NCBI GenBank assembly: GCA_964495565.1
Contig: CAZBWQ010000004.1
Coordinates: 1,703 to 65,702, forward strand
Reading direction: 5' to 3'
Length of the DNA: 64,000 nucleotides
From: an uncultured Sandaracinaceae bacterium
GTDB lineage: Bacteria; Myxococcota_A; Polyangia; Polyangiales; Houyiibacteriaceae
Shown: positions 9,231-18,463 of the stretch, piece by piece
Layout: the number at the start of each line of letters is the position of its first letter
Numbering within the stretch: position 1 is the first letter of the stretch
Made by a program: the position numbers and the translations under genes
The notes under the pieces: generated by a model
Databases searched by the model: none
What the model saw: the letters and a program-made list of their open reading frames with translations, nothing else
What the model was told of the DNA's origin: nothing

Positions 9231-10076
9231 ATGACTCGATGCGTCCTGGCCGTTGCCGCGATCCTCGCGATGCTCCCGATCGACGCGTCCGCCGAGGCTC
9301 CGACTGAGGAGCCAAAGGTTCGCGTCTTTCCTAGGCTTCCGCTTTTTGCCCCACTGAGCGCGGACCTGCGATGGCCGCGTCTTTCCGTCGCTTACACATA
9401 CTACATCGGCGATTCCGAGCTCGCGCACGTGGGCTCGGCCGACGCAGGCGCCTCGATTCCGATCGTTCAAAAAGACGGTCGCCGTGGAAGCTGGGAGGTC
9501 GGCGTCCAGGGTGGCATCTTTTCGATCTTCGACTTCGCCGCGCCATCGAGCGACCTCGTCAACGCGGACTACCTCGGGGCGCTCACCTTCACCTATCGTC
9601 GCAACTCGTGGACCCTGTTCACGCGGATCTTGCATCAAAGCTCGCACCTCGGCGACGAGTACTTGCTCGGCAACGAAGTCGAACGGGTCAATCTGTCGTT
9701 CGAAGAAATCGATGCCCTGGTTTCCTACGACGTCCGAACCTGGGCATGGGTCTATGCAGGCCTGGGCGTCATGGTGAGGCGCGAGCCCTCCGATCTCGAT
9801 CGGTGGTCGTTGCAGGCCGGGGGCGAGGTGAGACCGTTCACGGCAAAGACCGAACGCCGGCTGCAGGTCCTGATCGCCGTCAACCTCGACCTGTGGCAGG
9901 AGACGGGTTGGACTCCGGACGCCTCGATCGTCGCGGGCGCCACCCTGGACCCTCGTGGAGACTCGAGCTACCGAGTCGATTTTCTTCTCCGTTACTACGT
10001 GGGCCGCTCGCCGAACGGGCAGTTCTTCACCGAACGCATCCAAACCCTCGGCCCCGCGGTTCAGCTCTACTTCTGA
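9231..10076 (+). CDS. DUF1207-like secreted/outer-membrane protein
   Basis: Signal peptide AAILAMLPIDASA. FPRLPLFAPLSADLRWPRLS resembles the DUF1207 N-terminal motif. The protein is beta-rich and ends in aromatic residues (QLYF). Confidence 0.6.
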   Translation: MTRCVLAVAAILAMLPIDASAEAPTEEPKVRVFPRLPLFAPLSADLRWPRLSVAYTYYIGDSELAHVGSADAGASIPIVQKDGRRGSWEVGVQGGIFSIFDFAAPSSDLVNADYLGALTFTYRRNSWTLFTRILHQSSHLGDEYLLGNEVERVNLSFEEIDALVSYDVRTWAWVYAGLGVMVRREPSDLDRWSLQAGGEVRPFTAKTERRLQVLIAVNLDLWQETGWTPDASIVAGATLDPRGDSSYRVDFLLRYYVGRSPNGQFFTERIQTLGPAVQLYF

Positions 10077-10095
10077 GCGCTCTGATGTGACGCTC

Positions 10096-10611
10096 TCAGT
10101 CCGCGCTGCTGCCCCGGTCGACCCGTCGTGCCGGAATGCCGACGATGTTCGACCCGGGAGGGAACGACGAAATCACGACGGCATTGGCGCCGATGCGCGA
10201 GCCGGCGCCGATCTGGACATCCCCGAGGATCTTGGCCCCAGCACCGATGTCGACGCTGGCGCCGATGACCGGCGGGCCCTGACCTTCGCGCGTGCCGAGC
10301 GTCACCTGTTGGAAGATCAGACAGTTCGGCCCGATCTCGCTGTCCGGATGAATGACGATTCCGTTCGGATGGGGGATCAGCAAGCCGCCACCGATGTTGC
10401 CTCGGAGGGGAACCTCGGCACCCGTCACGACCGACCAGAAGCGATGCTGCAGCACCCAGAACGCCGCCATGAAGCGTCCACCCACGCCCCCCCGCTTCGT
10501 CCACCACTGATAGCGTCGAACGGCTTGCAAAAGCCGTCGCCCGGGGTCCCAGAGTCGGGTTGGCCGTTCACGGGACCAATCGGGCGCCTCGGGAGGCGGT
10601 GCAGCGCTCAT
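10096..10611 (-). CDS. Hexapeptide-repeat O-acetyltransferase (serine acetyltransferase/EpsC-like)
   Basis: Left-handed beta-helix repeats IGPNCLIFQQVTLG...IGASVDIGAGAKILGDVQIGAGSRIGANAVV. ATG at 10611 (MSAAPPP) within track ORF 10096..10665. Confidence 0.8.
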   Translation of the reverse strand: MSAAPPPEAPDWSRERPTRLWDPGRRLLQAVRRYQWWTKRGGVGGRFMAAFWVLQHRFWSVVTGAEVPLRGNIGGGLLIPHPNGIVIHPDSEIGPNCLIFQQVTLGTREGQGPPVIGASVDIGAGAKILGDVQIGAGSRIGANAVVISSFPPGSNIVGIPARRVDRGSSAD

Positions 10612-10732
10612 CCGATTCAGCTTAACACTTCCTTGCAGGGGTGGACTTGTTTCTGTGTATCGCATCGACTTGCTACACTAGCGGCGGCTCGGCATGTGGG
10701 GGGTCGGGCGCGCGCGCCACTGCATCCGAACC

Positions 10733-12178
10733 ATGCCCGAAAAAGGGAACTTCATAGCAATCATCGTCCTGTTGGCGTGGATCCCCATCTCGTTTTGGGC
10801 TGCGCGCCGCTGGCCGCCTGCCAAGGCCTCGGCGCTGCTGCTCGTTGGGGCGCTCTTGTTCCTGCCGGAGAAAGTCGTCTTCAAGCTCCCCGGGTTGCCC
10901 GAATTCGGCAAGGCCCAGATCACCATCTGTTGGCTCACCATCGCGATGCTCGTCTTCCATCGCGACCGATTTCGAGCCCTTTCGCTGACACGCACGCTGA
11001 AGGTGATGCTCGCCTTCTTGGTGCTCGGCCCGGTGGTCACCGTGTTCTTGAATCGTGACGTGGTGACGATGGGGGCGGCCGTGTTGCCGGCCCATACGGC
11101 GCACGACGCCGTTCACGTCGTCTCCCGTACGCTCTTCGACTCGGCGCTGCCCTTCGTCGTGGGCGCTGCCATGTTTCGCAGCACCGCCGATCTCAAAGTC
11201 TTTTTCCGAGTCTTCGTGGGCGGCGCGCTCATCTACACCTTGTTTCAGATCGTGGAGCTCGTTCTGAGCCCGCAGTGGCATCGATGGATCTACGGATTTC
11301 ACCCTCACGAGTTTGCCCAGATGGTCCGCGGCGGTGGATATCGCCCGATGGTCTTCATGGGGCATGGCTTGTCCGTGGCGATGTTCACCTTCCAGGGCGC
11401 TCTTGCCTCGACGGCCCTCCAACGGCTGCGAATCGACGTGCTCCGCCTGCGGGCTTGGTGGGGCACGGCCTGGCTCATGGTGGTGCTCGTTCTGACCAGG
11501 AGTGTCGCGCCATTCGTGTATGGGTTGATTTCGGTTCCACTGGGCCTTTTCGCATCACCCAAAATTCAGGTCCGGATTGGGGCTTTCTTGGCCCTGTTTG
11601 CCTTGCTTTACCCGGCTTTCCGTGCGGCCGATTGGATTCCCATCGATCGAATCGGGGAATTCGCGGAGGAACAGTGGGGTGAGGAGCGTGCCGGCTCTTT
11701 GCTGTTTCGATTCGAAAACGAGGATTTGCTGCTCGAGCGCTCTCGCGAGCGGATCTGGTTCGGATGGGGCGTCTACTGTCGTGGTTGTTTGTTCGAGCCG
11801 TGGAGTGGATCCCTGGTATCGATCTTCGACGGCGAGTGGATCGTCGCCCTGAACAGCTTTGGCATCGTAGGTTTCGTGGGCCGTTTCGGCATCCTCGTGC
11901 TGCCGGTTTTCTTTTGCTGGCGACGATTCAAGCGGCTCCAAGGCAAGGGAACCCGTATCTTGCTTGCGAATCTCGCCCTCTTGCTCGGGGTTTCCGCCAT
12001 CAACCTATTGCCCAACAGCTCCAACTACATTCCGTACGTCTTGTCCGGCGCACTCTATGGCAGCACACGCGGGGCGCTCCTGCGTCTCGCACGGCTTCGG
12101 GCGAAGAAACGGGCGGCGCAGAGCCAGCCGCAGCGCCAACCGCTGAGGCTCCCCGGTGGAAGTGGAGCGGTCGCATGA
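10733..12178 (+). CDS. O-antigen polymerase/ligase-like (Wzy-type) polytopic membrane protein
   Basis: About 10 or more hydrophobic spans with a large loop, located in a polysaccharide locus. The start is ATG 10733 or 10694. Its stop overlaps the next start (ATGA). Confidence 0.65.
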   Translation: MPEKGNFIAIIVLLAWIPISFWAARRWPPAKASALLLVGALLFLPEKVVFKLPGLPEFGKAQITICWLTIAMLVFHRDRFRALSLTRTLKVMLAFLVLGPVVTVFLNRDVVTMGAAVLPAHTAHDAVHVVSRTLFDSALPFVVGAAMFRSTADLKVFFRVFVGGALIYTLFQIVELVLSPQWHRWIYGFHPHEFAQMVRGGGYRPMVFMGHGLSVAMFTFQGALASTALQRLRIDVLRLRAWWGTAWLMVVLVLTRSVAPFVYGLISVPLGLFASPKIQVRIGAFLALFALLYPAFRAADWIPIDRIGEFAEEQWGEERAGSLLFRFENEDLLLERSRERIWFGWGVYCRGCLFEPWSGSLVSIFDGEWIVALNSFGIVGFVGRFGILVLPVFFCWRRFKRLQGKGTRILLANLALLLGVSAINLLPNSSNYIPYVLSGALYGSTRGALLRLARLRAKKRAAQSQPQRQPLRLPGGSGAVA

Positions 12179-13386
12179 GGTGGCTCGACGCGCGAGCTCC
12201 GTGGATCGCCTCGGCCGCCGCGGCCATCATCATCGTCGTGGGCATCGGCTACTCGATTTTTCTCGGACCCGAGCTTCGGTACTGGGACGAGAAAGAGTAT
12301 CTGCGCATTGCGACCGAGCTCGTCCGCTCGGGCATCTACACCCTCGATGGCACGACCCCGACCGCGTTTCGGCCTCCAGGCTACCCGGCCTTCCTCGCCA
12401 TCGGGGTGGCTTTGGGCATGGGTATCGTGGGGCTTCGAATCGCCCAGTTCGTGCTCTTCGGCCTCACCATCTTGCTCCTCTACCAGGTGGCGGCACGAAT
12501 TTGGAGACCGGCTGCCGGAGCCATCGCAGCCTCGCTGGCGCTGCTTTATCCCATCTTCACCTACGCGGCCGGAACGCTGTATCCGCAGACCCTGGGGTCG
12601 TTTCTGTTTTTGCTCGCGCTCTTCCCACTTGCGCGGAAGCAGCCGCCCGGCCTTGGCGGCGCCGCCGCGTCGGGCCTGATCTTCGGAGCGCTGATTCTGT
12701 GCATTCCGACGTTCGTCTTCTCCTTAGGAGTGGTCGGGCTATGGCTCCTGTTGAACTACCGCCAACGTGCCATCGCCCCCTGTGCGGTCGGCATCGCCGC
12801 GGTCTTGCTCGTCATCGGCCCCTGGCAGGTTCGAAACTATCGCGTCTTCGAAACTCCGGTGTTCGTCGCGACGAACTCGGGCCTCAACCTCTTGATCGGC
12901 AACTCCGAGAACGCCACCTCCGACAGTGGCGTGAACGCGGATATCTCGCGCTACGAAGCCGAAGCCGTGGGAATGTCCGAGGTCGAGCGCGACCACTACT
13001 TCCGCGACTCCGCCATCGCCTGGATGGTCGACAATCCCGGTCGAGCGGCGAAGCTCTACGTTGCGAAGACGCTTCACTACTTCAGCTATCGTGACCGATT
13101 GGCGACGGAGTCCGAATCGAGCAGTCTCCGCGAGCTCGTCATGCTGGCGACCTACGGACCCCTCTTGCTCCTCGCCCTGGTCAGGCTCGGAGCGTTTCGT
13201 CGCTACCCAGTCAATGCGCCGGAGGGTCTGTTGATCGCCTTGTTCTTCTCGAATGCGCTTTTCATGGCGCTTTTCTTCACGCGTCTCCGCTTCCGCATAC
13301 CCATGGACTTTCTTCTGATCGCCGTCGTTGCCGGCTTTTTGGCGACGCTTCTCCGCCGACGTGAAGAGGGTCCGAGCAGGGCTTGA
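12175..13386 (+). CDS. GT-C fold glycosyltransferase (ArnT/PMT_2-like, family 39/83)
   Basis: In-frame ATG 12175 of track ORF 11764..13386. YWDEKEYLRIA...RPPGYPAFLA is an N-terminal periplasmic-loop motif typical of ArnT/PMT-like enzymes, followed by many TM spans. Confidence 0.7.
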   Translation: MRWLDARAPWIASAAAAIIIVVGIGYSIFLGPELRYWDEKEYLRIATELVRSGIYTLDGTTPTAFRPPGYPAFLAIGVALGMGIVGLRIAQFVLFGLTILLLYQVAARIWRPAAGAIAASLALLYPIFTYAAGTLYPQTLGSFLFLLALFPLARKQPPGLGGAAASGLIFGALILCIPTFVFSLGVVGLWLLLNYRQRAIAPCAVGIAAVLLVIGPWQVRNYRVFETPVFVATNSGLNLLIGNSENATSDSGVNADISRYEAEAVGMSEVERDHYFRDSAIAWMVDNPGRAAKLYVAKTLHYFSYRDRLATESESSSLRELVMLATYGPLLLLALVRLGAFRRYPVNAPEGLLIALFFSNALFMALFFTRLRFRIPMDFLLIAVVAGFLATLLRRREEGPSRA

Positions 13387-13402
13387 CGGTCGCCGCCGTG
13401 CT

Positions 13403-16400
13403 ATGGTTCGCGGCCCGATGACGAGAGAAACACCCGCGCGCATGCGCTGCCACGTCGCCCTGTGCCTCGTCTTCTGCACCGCCGTGCCTGGTTTGGCCCA
13501 TGCCTCGGGCCCCGACGCCGTGGGTGGGGGCACGACCGATTCGGGTCTCGAGGGCAGCTACTATTCGAATGCGAGTCTCGCCGGCGAGCCAGCGTTCGTT
13601 CGCCGCGATGCACGGATTCAGTTCGACTGGTCCGAGGGGCGCCCCGTCGGCGGATCCCGGTCTGCGGGTTATCGCGACTACCCCGCGCGGGGCTTTTCGG
13701 TCCGCTGGGCGGGACAGCTCATCCCGCGATTCACGGAGGCGTACACGTTCCTCGGTCAGGCGGGTGGCGGGATTCGGCTCAAGATTCGCAAAGCTGGAGA
13801 AGCCGACTGGAAGGTCCTGGTCGATCGCTGGGATGCGGCAGGGCCCTACGAGTCGGCTCCGGCTCCGCTTTCGGCGGGAGCGCTCTACGACATCGAGGTC
13901 GAGTACCGGGCCCTCGGCGACGAGCCCGGTTGCGCGCTCGAGTGGAAGAGCCGGAGCACTCCACGCGAGGTCCTCGATCCCGTCGTGCAGCACGGGCTCA
14001 ACACCGGGAGCTGGGACGACTACGTTTGGGCCGATCTCGTCAAGAGCAGACGGTATGGGGACGACACCCACGTCGACGAGCATGGCTGGCCCACCAAGAG
14101 CGGGGTGGAGCTGGTGGCGGGAGAGATGTCGACCGACGATCCCGAGCTTGCGGGGACGTACCTCTTGCGCTTCGGCGGCCTCGCGGAAGTGCAACAGCGA
14201 TGTTGCGACTCGCCGATCTTCGAGGCGGACGGGCAGACGTTCGAGGGGACCCTGCCCAAGGGCCTTGGTTACGACCCGGCGTCGAACACCACCACGGCTT
14301 CGATGACCGTCCGTGGGTCCCGGTTCATGTTGCACTTCCAGGACGCGCAGCGATCGAAAGGCCAGCCTGACAGCGGCGTGACCGGGATCCGTCTCATGCG
14401 CCCAATCCACTCCGGGAGCCGCCAACATCATCGCCTCGACGAGGTCGTGTACAGGCCCTTCAAAGACGCCATCGACAGACACTTCACCGTGCTGCGCTGG
14501 GGCAAGGGCGCCAGCTCCGATGTCAGTGGACGGTGGGCGGACCGGCAGCTTCCCGAAGACGCGTTCCTCGCACGGCCCGGAGGCCAGGGGAATCTCGAGC
14601 ACCTGATCATGCTCGCGAACGAAACGGGCAAAGATCTTTACCTGTCCACTCCGGTGGCAGCAGACGACGAGTACTTCACCAAGCTTGCCCGGCTGCTTCG
14701 ATATGGGTCAGACGGGAAGGAGCCGTATACGGCTCCCACGGCCGCGCCCAGGTACCCGCCCTTGAACCCGAATCTTCGCGTTTACGTCGAGGTCGGAAAC
14801 GAGATCTGGAACTGGGACTTCGGCTCGACGGGGCTCGCCCAACGCCTTTCCAAACGCGAGCACGACGCGGGCTCCGGGACGTGGGCGGCGATCGACTTCG
14901 ACGGCAGGGCTGGCAATCCGGAGCACATGGGCGCGGTGCGGAGGTGGCACGTGCTGCGAACGCTCGCGTGCAGCGAGGCGTTTCGTGAGGTCTTCGGGGA
15001 TGAAGGCATGGGATCGCGGGTCCGGGTTCTCCTCGAGTACCAGTACGACAACTACCAGAACACGGCGATTCTCTCGCTCGACTATCTCGACCGTTACTTG
15101 AGGCATCGCGCGGCGGCCACGGAGCAGTCGTACCAGCCGGTCAGCCACCACGTGTGGGGCGCCGGGGGAGCGACTTACTACGGGTTGGCCAACAAGGACG
15201 GCTCTCAAACCGAGATCGTGCTCGGCAATGCGAGCTTCGAATCGCCAGCGCTTGCGGCAGCCACGATCGAGCGGCAGCCCTCGAGCCCTCCGTGGTCCTT
15301 CGAGGGTCAAGCAGGCATCGTGCATCCCGGCACGGCCGAACGAGTGGGGCCTCTCACGCATCTGCCCCGTCCCCAATCGGGAAATCAAGCAGCCTTCATC
15401 CGGGGTCGAGGCAAGATCACCCAATCCGTGCGATTCACGCGACCCGGCCGGTACGCCGTCGCGTTCAACGCTGCGGGGTCGGGGCAGCGATGGCCGGGCT
15501 ACCTGCCCTTCGACGTCTTCGTCGACGACGAGAAGGTCAGTCCCCGAGGCCAGTCCGACACACGAGTCTCCACCGGGCACACCACGTTGGGGGGATGGGG
15601 CCGAGACACCCGGAGCCTCGGGGAGGAGTGGGGAACGGCCGTGTTCCAGATCGAGGAACCCGGTGAGCACGAAATTCGATTCCTCGGCCGCGGCGATGCC
15701 GAAGACTACGTGTTGATCGACGACGTCCGCATTGCCAGCGTCGATGCCCTGATGGATGGCGGCTTCGGGACGGGTGAGGCGCTCGGTCAGGTGGCCGAGG
15801 CAAACTACGAGCGCCAGCTTCGCGGCCAGGCGACGTACGCGCGTGCGTTCGGTCTTCAGGTGGTTGCCTACGAGGCAGGCTGGTCGGTGGGCGGTGACTT
15901 CCATCAGTCGCCTCTGCAGACTTGGGCGAAGCTCCATGACCCCCGCGCCCGAGCCATCAACAACCGCGCCATCGAGCTGTGGGAGGAATCCGGGAGCTTC
16001 ATGAACGTTTGGGGTGTCTTCACCTACTGGCCGAGTTGGGATTTCGGCAATGCGGCCAATTACCCCATCATGCAGAGCCTTCGCGACGCGACGCGCTCGC
16101 TCCCAGCCGAAGCGAAGTACGGGCGATCGCTTCCCGCGACCCTGCGGCCCGAGGATTCCGACCTGTCGGTGACCGAGCGCCAAGGCGGCTCTTCGTGGTG
16201 GGACCGTGTGCGAAACGTGCTCTGCTCGGACGACGCTCCGGAGGTCTGGTTTGCCTGGATGGTCATCGCACCCGAGCGCAAGACCTACGAAGTGCAAGTC
16301 CGGGCTCGGGGTCCTGGCTCGCTGATCCTCGAGCTCGACGGAAAGATCTTGGCCCATTACGAGTCGTTGGACGGAGGCTCGCTCCCGCCACGAAGCGCCG

Positions 16401-16489
16401 AAATGACCCAAGGCGCTCACGCGTTTCGGGTGGTGGCGGTCGGAGACGCGAAAATCGAGGAAATCCTCGTGACCGAGCGCGCGGACTAG
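13403..16489 (+). CDS. Secreted PA14-domain protein with clan GH-A-like TIM-barrel glycoside hydrolase core and C-terminal CBM-like modules
   Basis: Signal peptide CLVFCTAVPGLAHA. PA14 pattern GLEGSYYSN...IQFDW...GFSVRWAGQL...YDIEVEY. YVEVGNEIWNWD resembles the acid/base NE motif of clan GH-A. The exact start is uncertain (13403, 13418 or 13442). Confidence 0.7.
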   Translation: MVRGPMTRETPARMRCHVALCLVFCTAVPGLAHASGPDAVGGGTTDSGLEGSYYSNASLAGEPAFVRRDARIQFDWSEGRPVGGSRSAGYRDYPARGFSVRWAGQLIPRFTEAYTFLGQAGGGIRLKIRKAGEADWKVLVDRWDAAGPYESAPAPLSAGALYDIEVEYRALGDEPGCALEWKSRSTPREVLDPVVQHGLNTGSWDDYVWADLVKSRRYGDDTHVDEHGWPTKSGVELVAGEMSTDDPELAGTYLLRFGGLAEVQQRCCDSPIFEADGQTFEGTLPKGLGYDPASNTTTASMTVRGSRFMLHFQDAQRSKGQPDSGVTGIRLMRPIHSGSRQHHRLDEVVYRPFKDAIDRHFTVLRWGKGASSDVSGRWADRQLPEDAFLARPGGQGNLEHLIMLANETGKDLYLSTPVAADDEYFTKLARLLRYGSDGKEPYTAPTAAPRYPPLNPNLRVYVEVGNEIWNWDFGSTGLAQRLSKREHDAGSGTWAAIDFDGRAGNPEHMGAVRRWHVLRTLACSEAFREVFGDEGMGSRVRVLLEYQYDNYQNTAILSLDYLDRYLRHRAAATEQSYQPVSHHVWGAGGATYYGLANKDGSQTEIVLGNASFESPALAAATIERQPSSPPWSFEGQAGIVHPGTAERVGPLTHLPRPQSGNQAAFIRGRGKITQSVRFTRPGRYAVAFNAAGSGQRWPGYLPFDVFVDDEKVSPRGQSDTRVSTGHTTLGGWGRDTRSLGEEWGTAVFQIEEPGEHEIRFLGRGDAEDYVLIDDVRIASVDALMDGGFGTGEALGQVAEANYERQLRGQATYARAFGLQVVAYEAGWSVGGDFHQSPLQTWAKLHDPRARAINNRAIELWEESGSFMNVWGVFTYWPSWDFGNAANYPIMQSLRDATRSLPAEAKYGRSLPATLRPEDSDLSVTERQGGSSWWDRVRNVLCSDDAPEVWFAWMVIAPERKTYEVQVRARGPGSLILELDGKILAHYESLDGGSLPPRSAEMTQGAHAFRVVAVGDAKIEEILVTERAD

Positions 16490-16561
16490 GGCCCCCGGGC
16501 CAGCGTTTCGTCAGAAAGCGTTGCCGTCGTCTTGTCGGTTTACTAACCATTAAGACTCTCA

Positions 16562-17599
16562 ATGCATTGGACCGTTGCCGCGCCTTTCATTCACGACCTG
16601 TCCGCTGAAGACGCGGGCTGGTTGACGCCCTTCGTGCCCGGAGAGCGCCATCAATTTCAGGTCGTGCCGCGGCGCCGGCCCCTTGCGAATTGGCACGATC
16701 GGGCCTCGCCGGTGAGCACCCCGCAAGAGTGGCTCGACTACTGGCATCACGCTTCGGACACCCTCGCCGTCGCCCAGGAGGGGATCATCACCGTGTTTCC
16801 CCAGCTGCCTGCGTTGATCGGCGCGAGGCAACGGTTTTCCCGGCGGAAGCATCCGATCGTCGCCTGGTTGTTCAACGTGGCGGTTTGCTACCCCGGCTGG
16901 AGAGGGACTTTGTCGCGGTTCAGCTTGGCCGAGGTGGATCGATTCGTGTCGCACTCACGACGTGAAGGGGACATGTATGCCGACTGGCTCGGCCTGCCGC
17001 GCGAGCGATTCCTGTTCGTTCCAATCCAGAAGCCCGAAATTCCCGTTCAGTACGAAGAGGAGCAAGAAGAGCCCTTCGTGCTGTTGCAGGGCTCGGCGCA
17101 CCGGGACTTCCCGACGTTCATCGAGGCAATCAAGCGACTCGGGGTCCGGGCCATCATCGCATCGGGGCCGCGAGCCCTCGAGGGGCTCGAGATTCCCTCG
17201 AACGTGGAAACCCCATTCGGCGTCTCGCGGGCCGATTGCCATCGACTGGCTCAGCAGGCGCGGGTCAACGTCGTGCCGATGATTCGGAATGACGAGGCCA
17301 CGGGTGCGGGCCACGTCACCATCGCCGAAACCATGTGGATGAAACGGCCGCTCATCGTGTCGAACTGCAATGGGGCCGATGACTACGTCATCGACGGCGA
17401 AAACGGTTTTCTCGTCGAGCCGAATTCGGCGGACGACTTGGCCGACGCCATCAAGAAGCTCTGGGACGATGCTGATCTGCGCGCGCGGATCGGCGCGCAG
17501 GCCTACGACTACGCGCGCCGGACGTTCACCGACGAGGCCGCAGGCGCCGCACTTGGCCGAATTTTGGACGAAGTCGCGGACGAAGTCGGGACGCGCTAA
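16562..17599 (+). CDS. Glycosyltransferase family 4 (GT-B)
   Basis: C-terminal half carries the GT1/GT4 EX7E-like region: AETMWMKRPLIVSNCNGADDYVIDGENGFLVEP. Confidence 0.8.
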   Translation: MHWTVAAPFIHDLSAEDAGWLTPFVPGERHQFQVVPRRRPLANWHDRASPVSTPQEWLDYWHHASDTLAVAQEGIITVFPQLPALIGARQRFSRRKHPIVAWLFNVAVCYPGWRGTLSRFSLAEVDRFVSHSRREGDMYADWLGLPRERFLFVPIQKPEIPVQYEEEQEEPFVLLQGSAHRDFPTFIEAIKRLGVRAIIASGPRALEGLEIPSNVETPFGVSRADCHRLAQQARVNVVPMIRNDEATGAGHVTIAETMWMKRPLIVSNCNGADDYVIDGENGFLVEPNSADDLADAIKKLWDDADLRARIGAQAYDYARRTFTDEAAGAALGRILDEVADEVGTR

Positions 17600-17646
17600 C
17601 CACCTGGCCCTCGACTTGTTATGCTTGTTCGAGGGAGCCGAAAAGC

Positions 17647-18432
17647 ATGAAAGTCGTCATATTTTGCGGCGGATACGGCACGCGATTGCGCGAGCACTCC
17701 GAGACCATTCCGAAGCCGCTGGTGGAGATCGGGTACCGGCCCATTCTTTGGCACCTGATGAAGTACTACGCCCACTACGGGCACAAGGAGTTCGTGCTCT
17801 GTCTCGGTTACCGGGCCGATCTCATCAAGGAATACTTCCTCACGTACAAGCCCTACCTCTCGGAGGATGTCGTCATCGATCCCAATGGCAACGGCAGTCC
17901 TTCGAAAAGCGACATTGCCGACTGGAAGATCCACCTCATCGATACCGGGATGAAGACGAACATCGGGGGACGCTTGATGGCGGTGCGCGACCTCGTCGAA
18001 AAAGACGAGATGTTTCTGGCGAACTACGGCGATGGCCTCTCCGATCTGCCGCTTCCCGAGCACATCGAGAAGTTCGAGCGATCGAAAGCGGTGGCGGGCT
18101 TCGTCGCCGTGCAGCCGACCCAACAGAGCTTTCACACCATTCGCTCCAATGGCGACGGCTTGGTGACGGAGCTGACGCCGATGGCCGACACCGAGCTCTG
18201 GATCAACGGCGGCTACATGGTTCTTCGCCCCGAGGTCTTCGATTCCATGCGTCCGGGCGAAGAGCTGGTCGAGCAGCCCTTCCAGCGCTTGCTGGAAAAG
18301 AAGAAGCTGTTCGCGAACAAGTACCGAGGCTTTTGGAAAGCCATGGACACCTTCAAGGACAAAGTCGCCTTCGACCAGATGAACGACGACGGACACAAAC
18401 CGTGGGAAGTCTGGCGCACGAAGGCTCGATGA
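17647..18432 (+). CDS. rfbF: Glucose-1-phosphate cytidylyltransferase
   Basis: MKVVIFCGGYGTRLREHSETIPKPLVEIGYRPILWHLMKYY, GGRL, and FWKAMDTFKDK...KPWEVW are nearly collinear with my recollection of Salmonella RfbF. GGGAG lies upstream of the ATG. Confidence 0.9.
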   Translation: MKVVIFCGGYGTRLREHSETIPKPLVEIGYRPILWHLMKYYAHYGHKEFVLCLGYRADLIKEYFLTYKPYLSEDVVIDPNGNGSPSKSDIADWKIHLIDTGMKTNIGGRLMAVRDLVEKDEMFLANYGDGLSDLPLPEHIEKFERSKAVAGFVAVQPTQQSFHTIRSNGDGLVTELTPMADTELWINGGYMVLRPEVFDSMRPGEELVEQPFQRLLEKKKLFANKYRGFWKAMDTFKDKVAFDQMNDDGHKPWEVWRTKAR

Positions 18433-18463
18433 ATCGCCGCCTCGCGCCGTGGTAGGCTGAGAC

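Noticed and set aside
8649-10043. 464-aa minus-strand ORF overlapping the acetylesterase-like and DUF1207 genes
   Set aside because: It is an Arg/Gly/Val/Asp-rich, low-information translation. It is fully antisense to two ORFs that have signal peptides and family motifs. This is typical of high-GC shadow ORFs.
14708-16420. 570-aa minus-strand ORF inside the PA14 protein gene
   Set aside because: It is antisense to a gene with clear PA14 and GH-A motifs. Its composition is dominated by R/G/P/A, and it has no motifs.
17647-18432. Impression of lower GC in rfbF, hinting at horizontal acquisition
   Set aside because: This is only a visual impression. I cannot compute GC or GC3, and the neighbouring genes look similar enough that no island boundary is evident.
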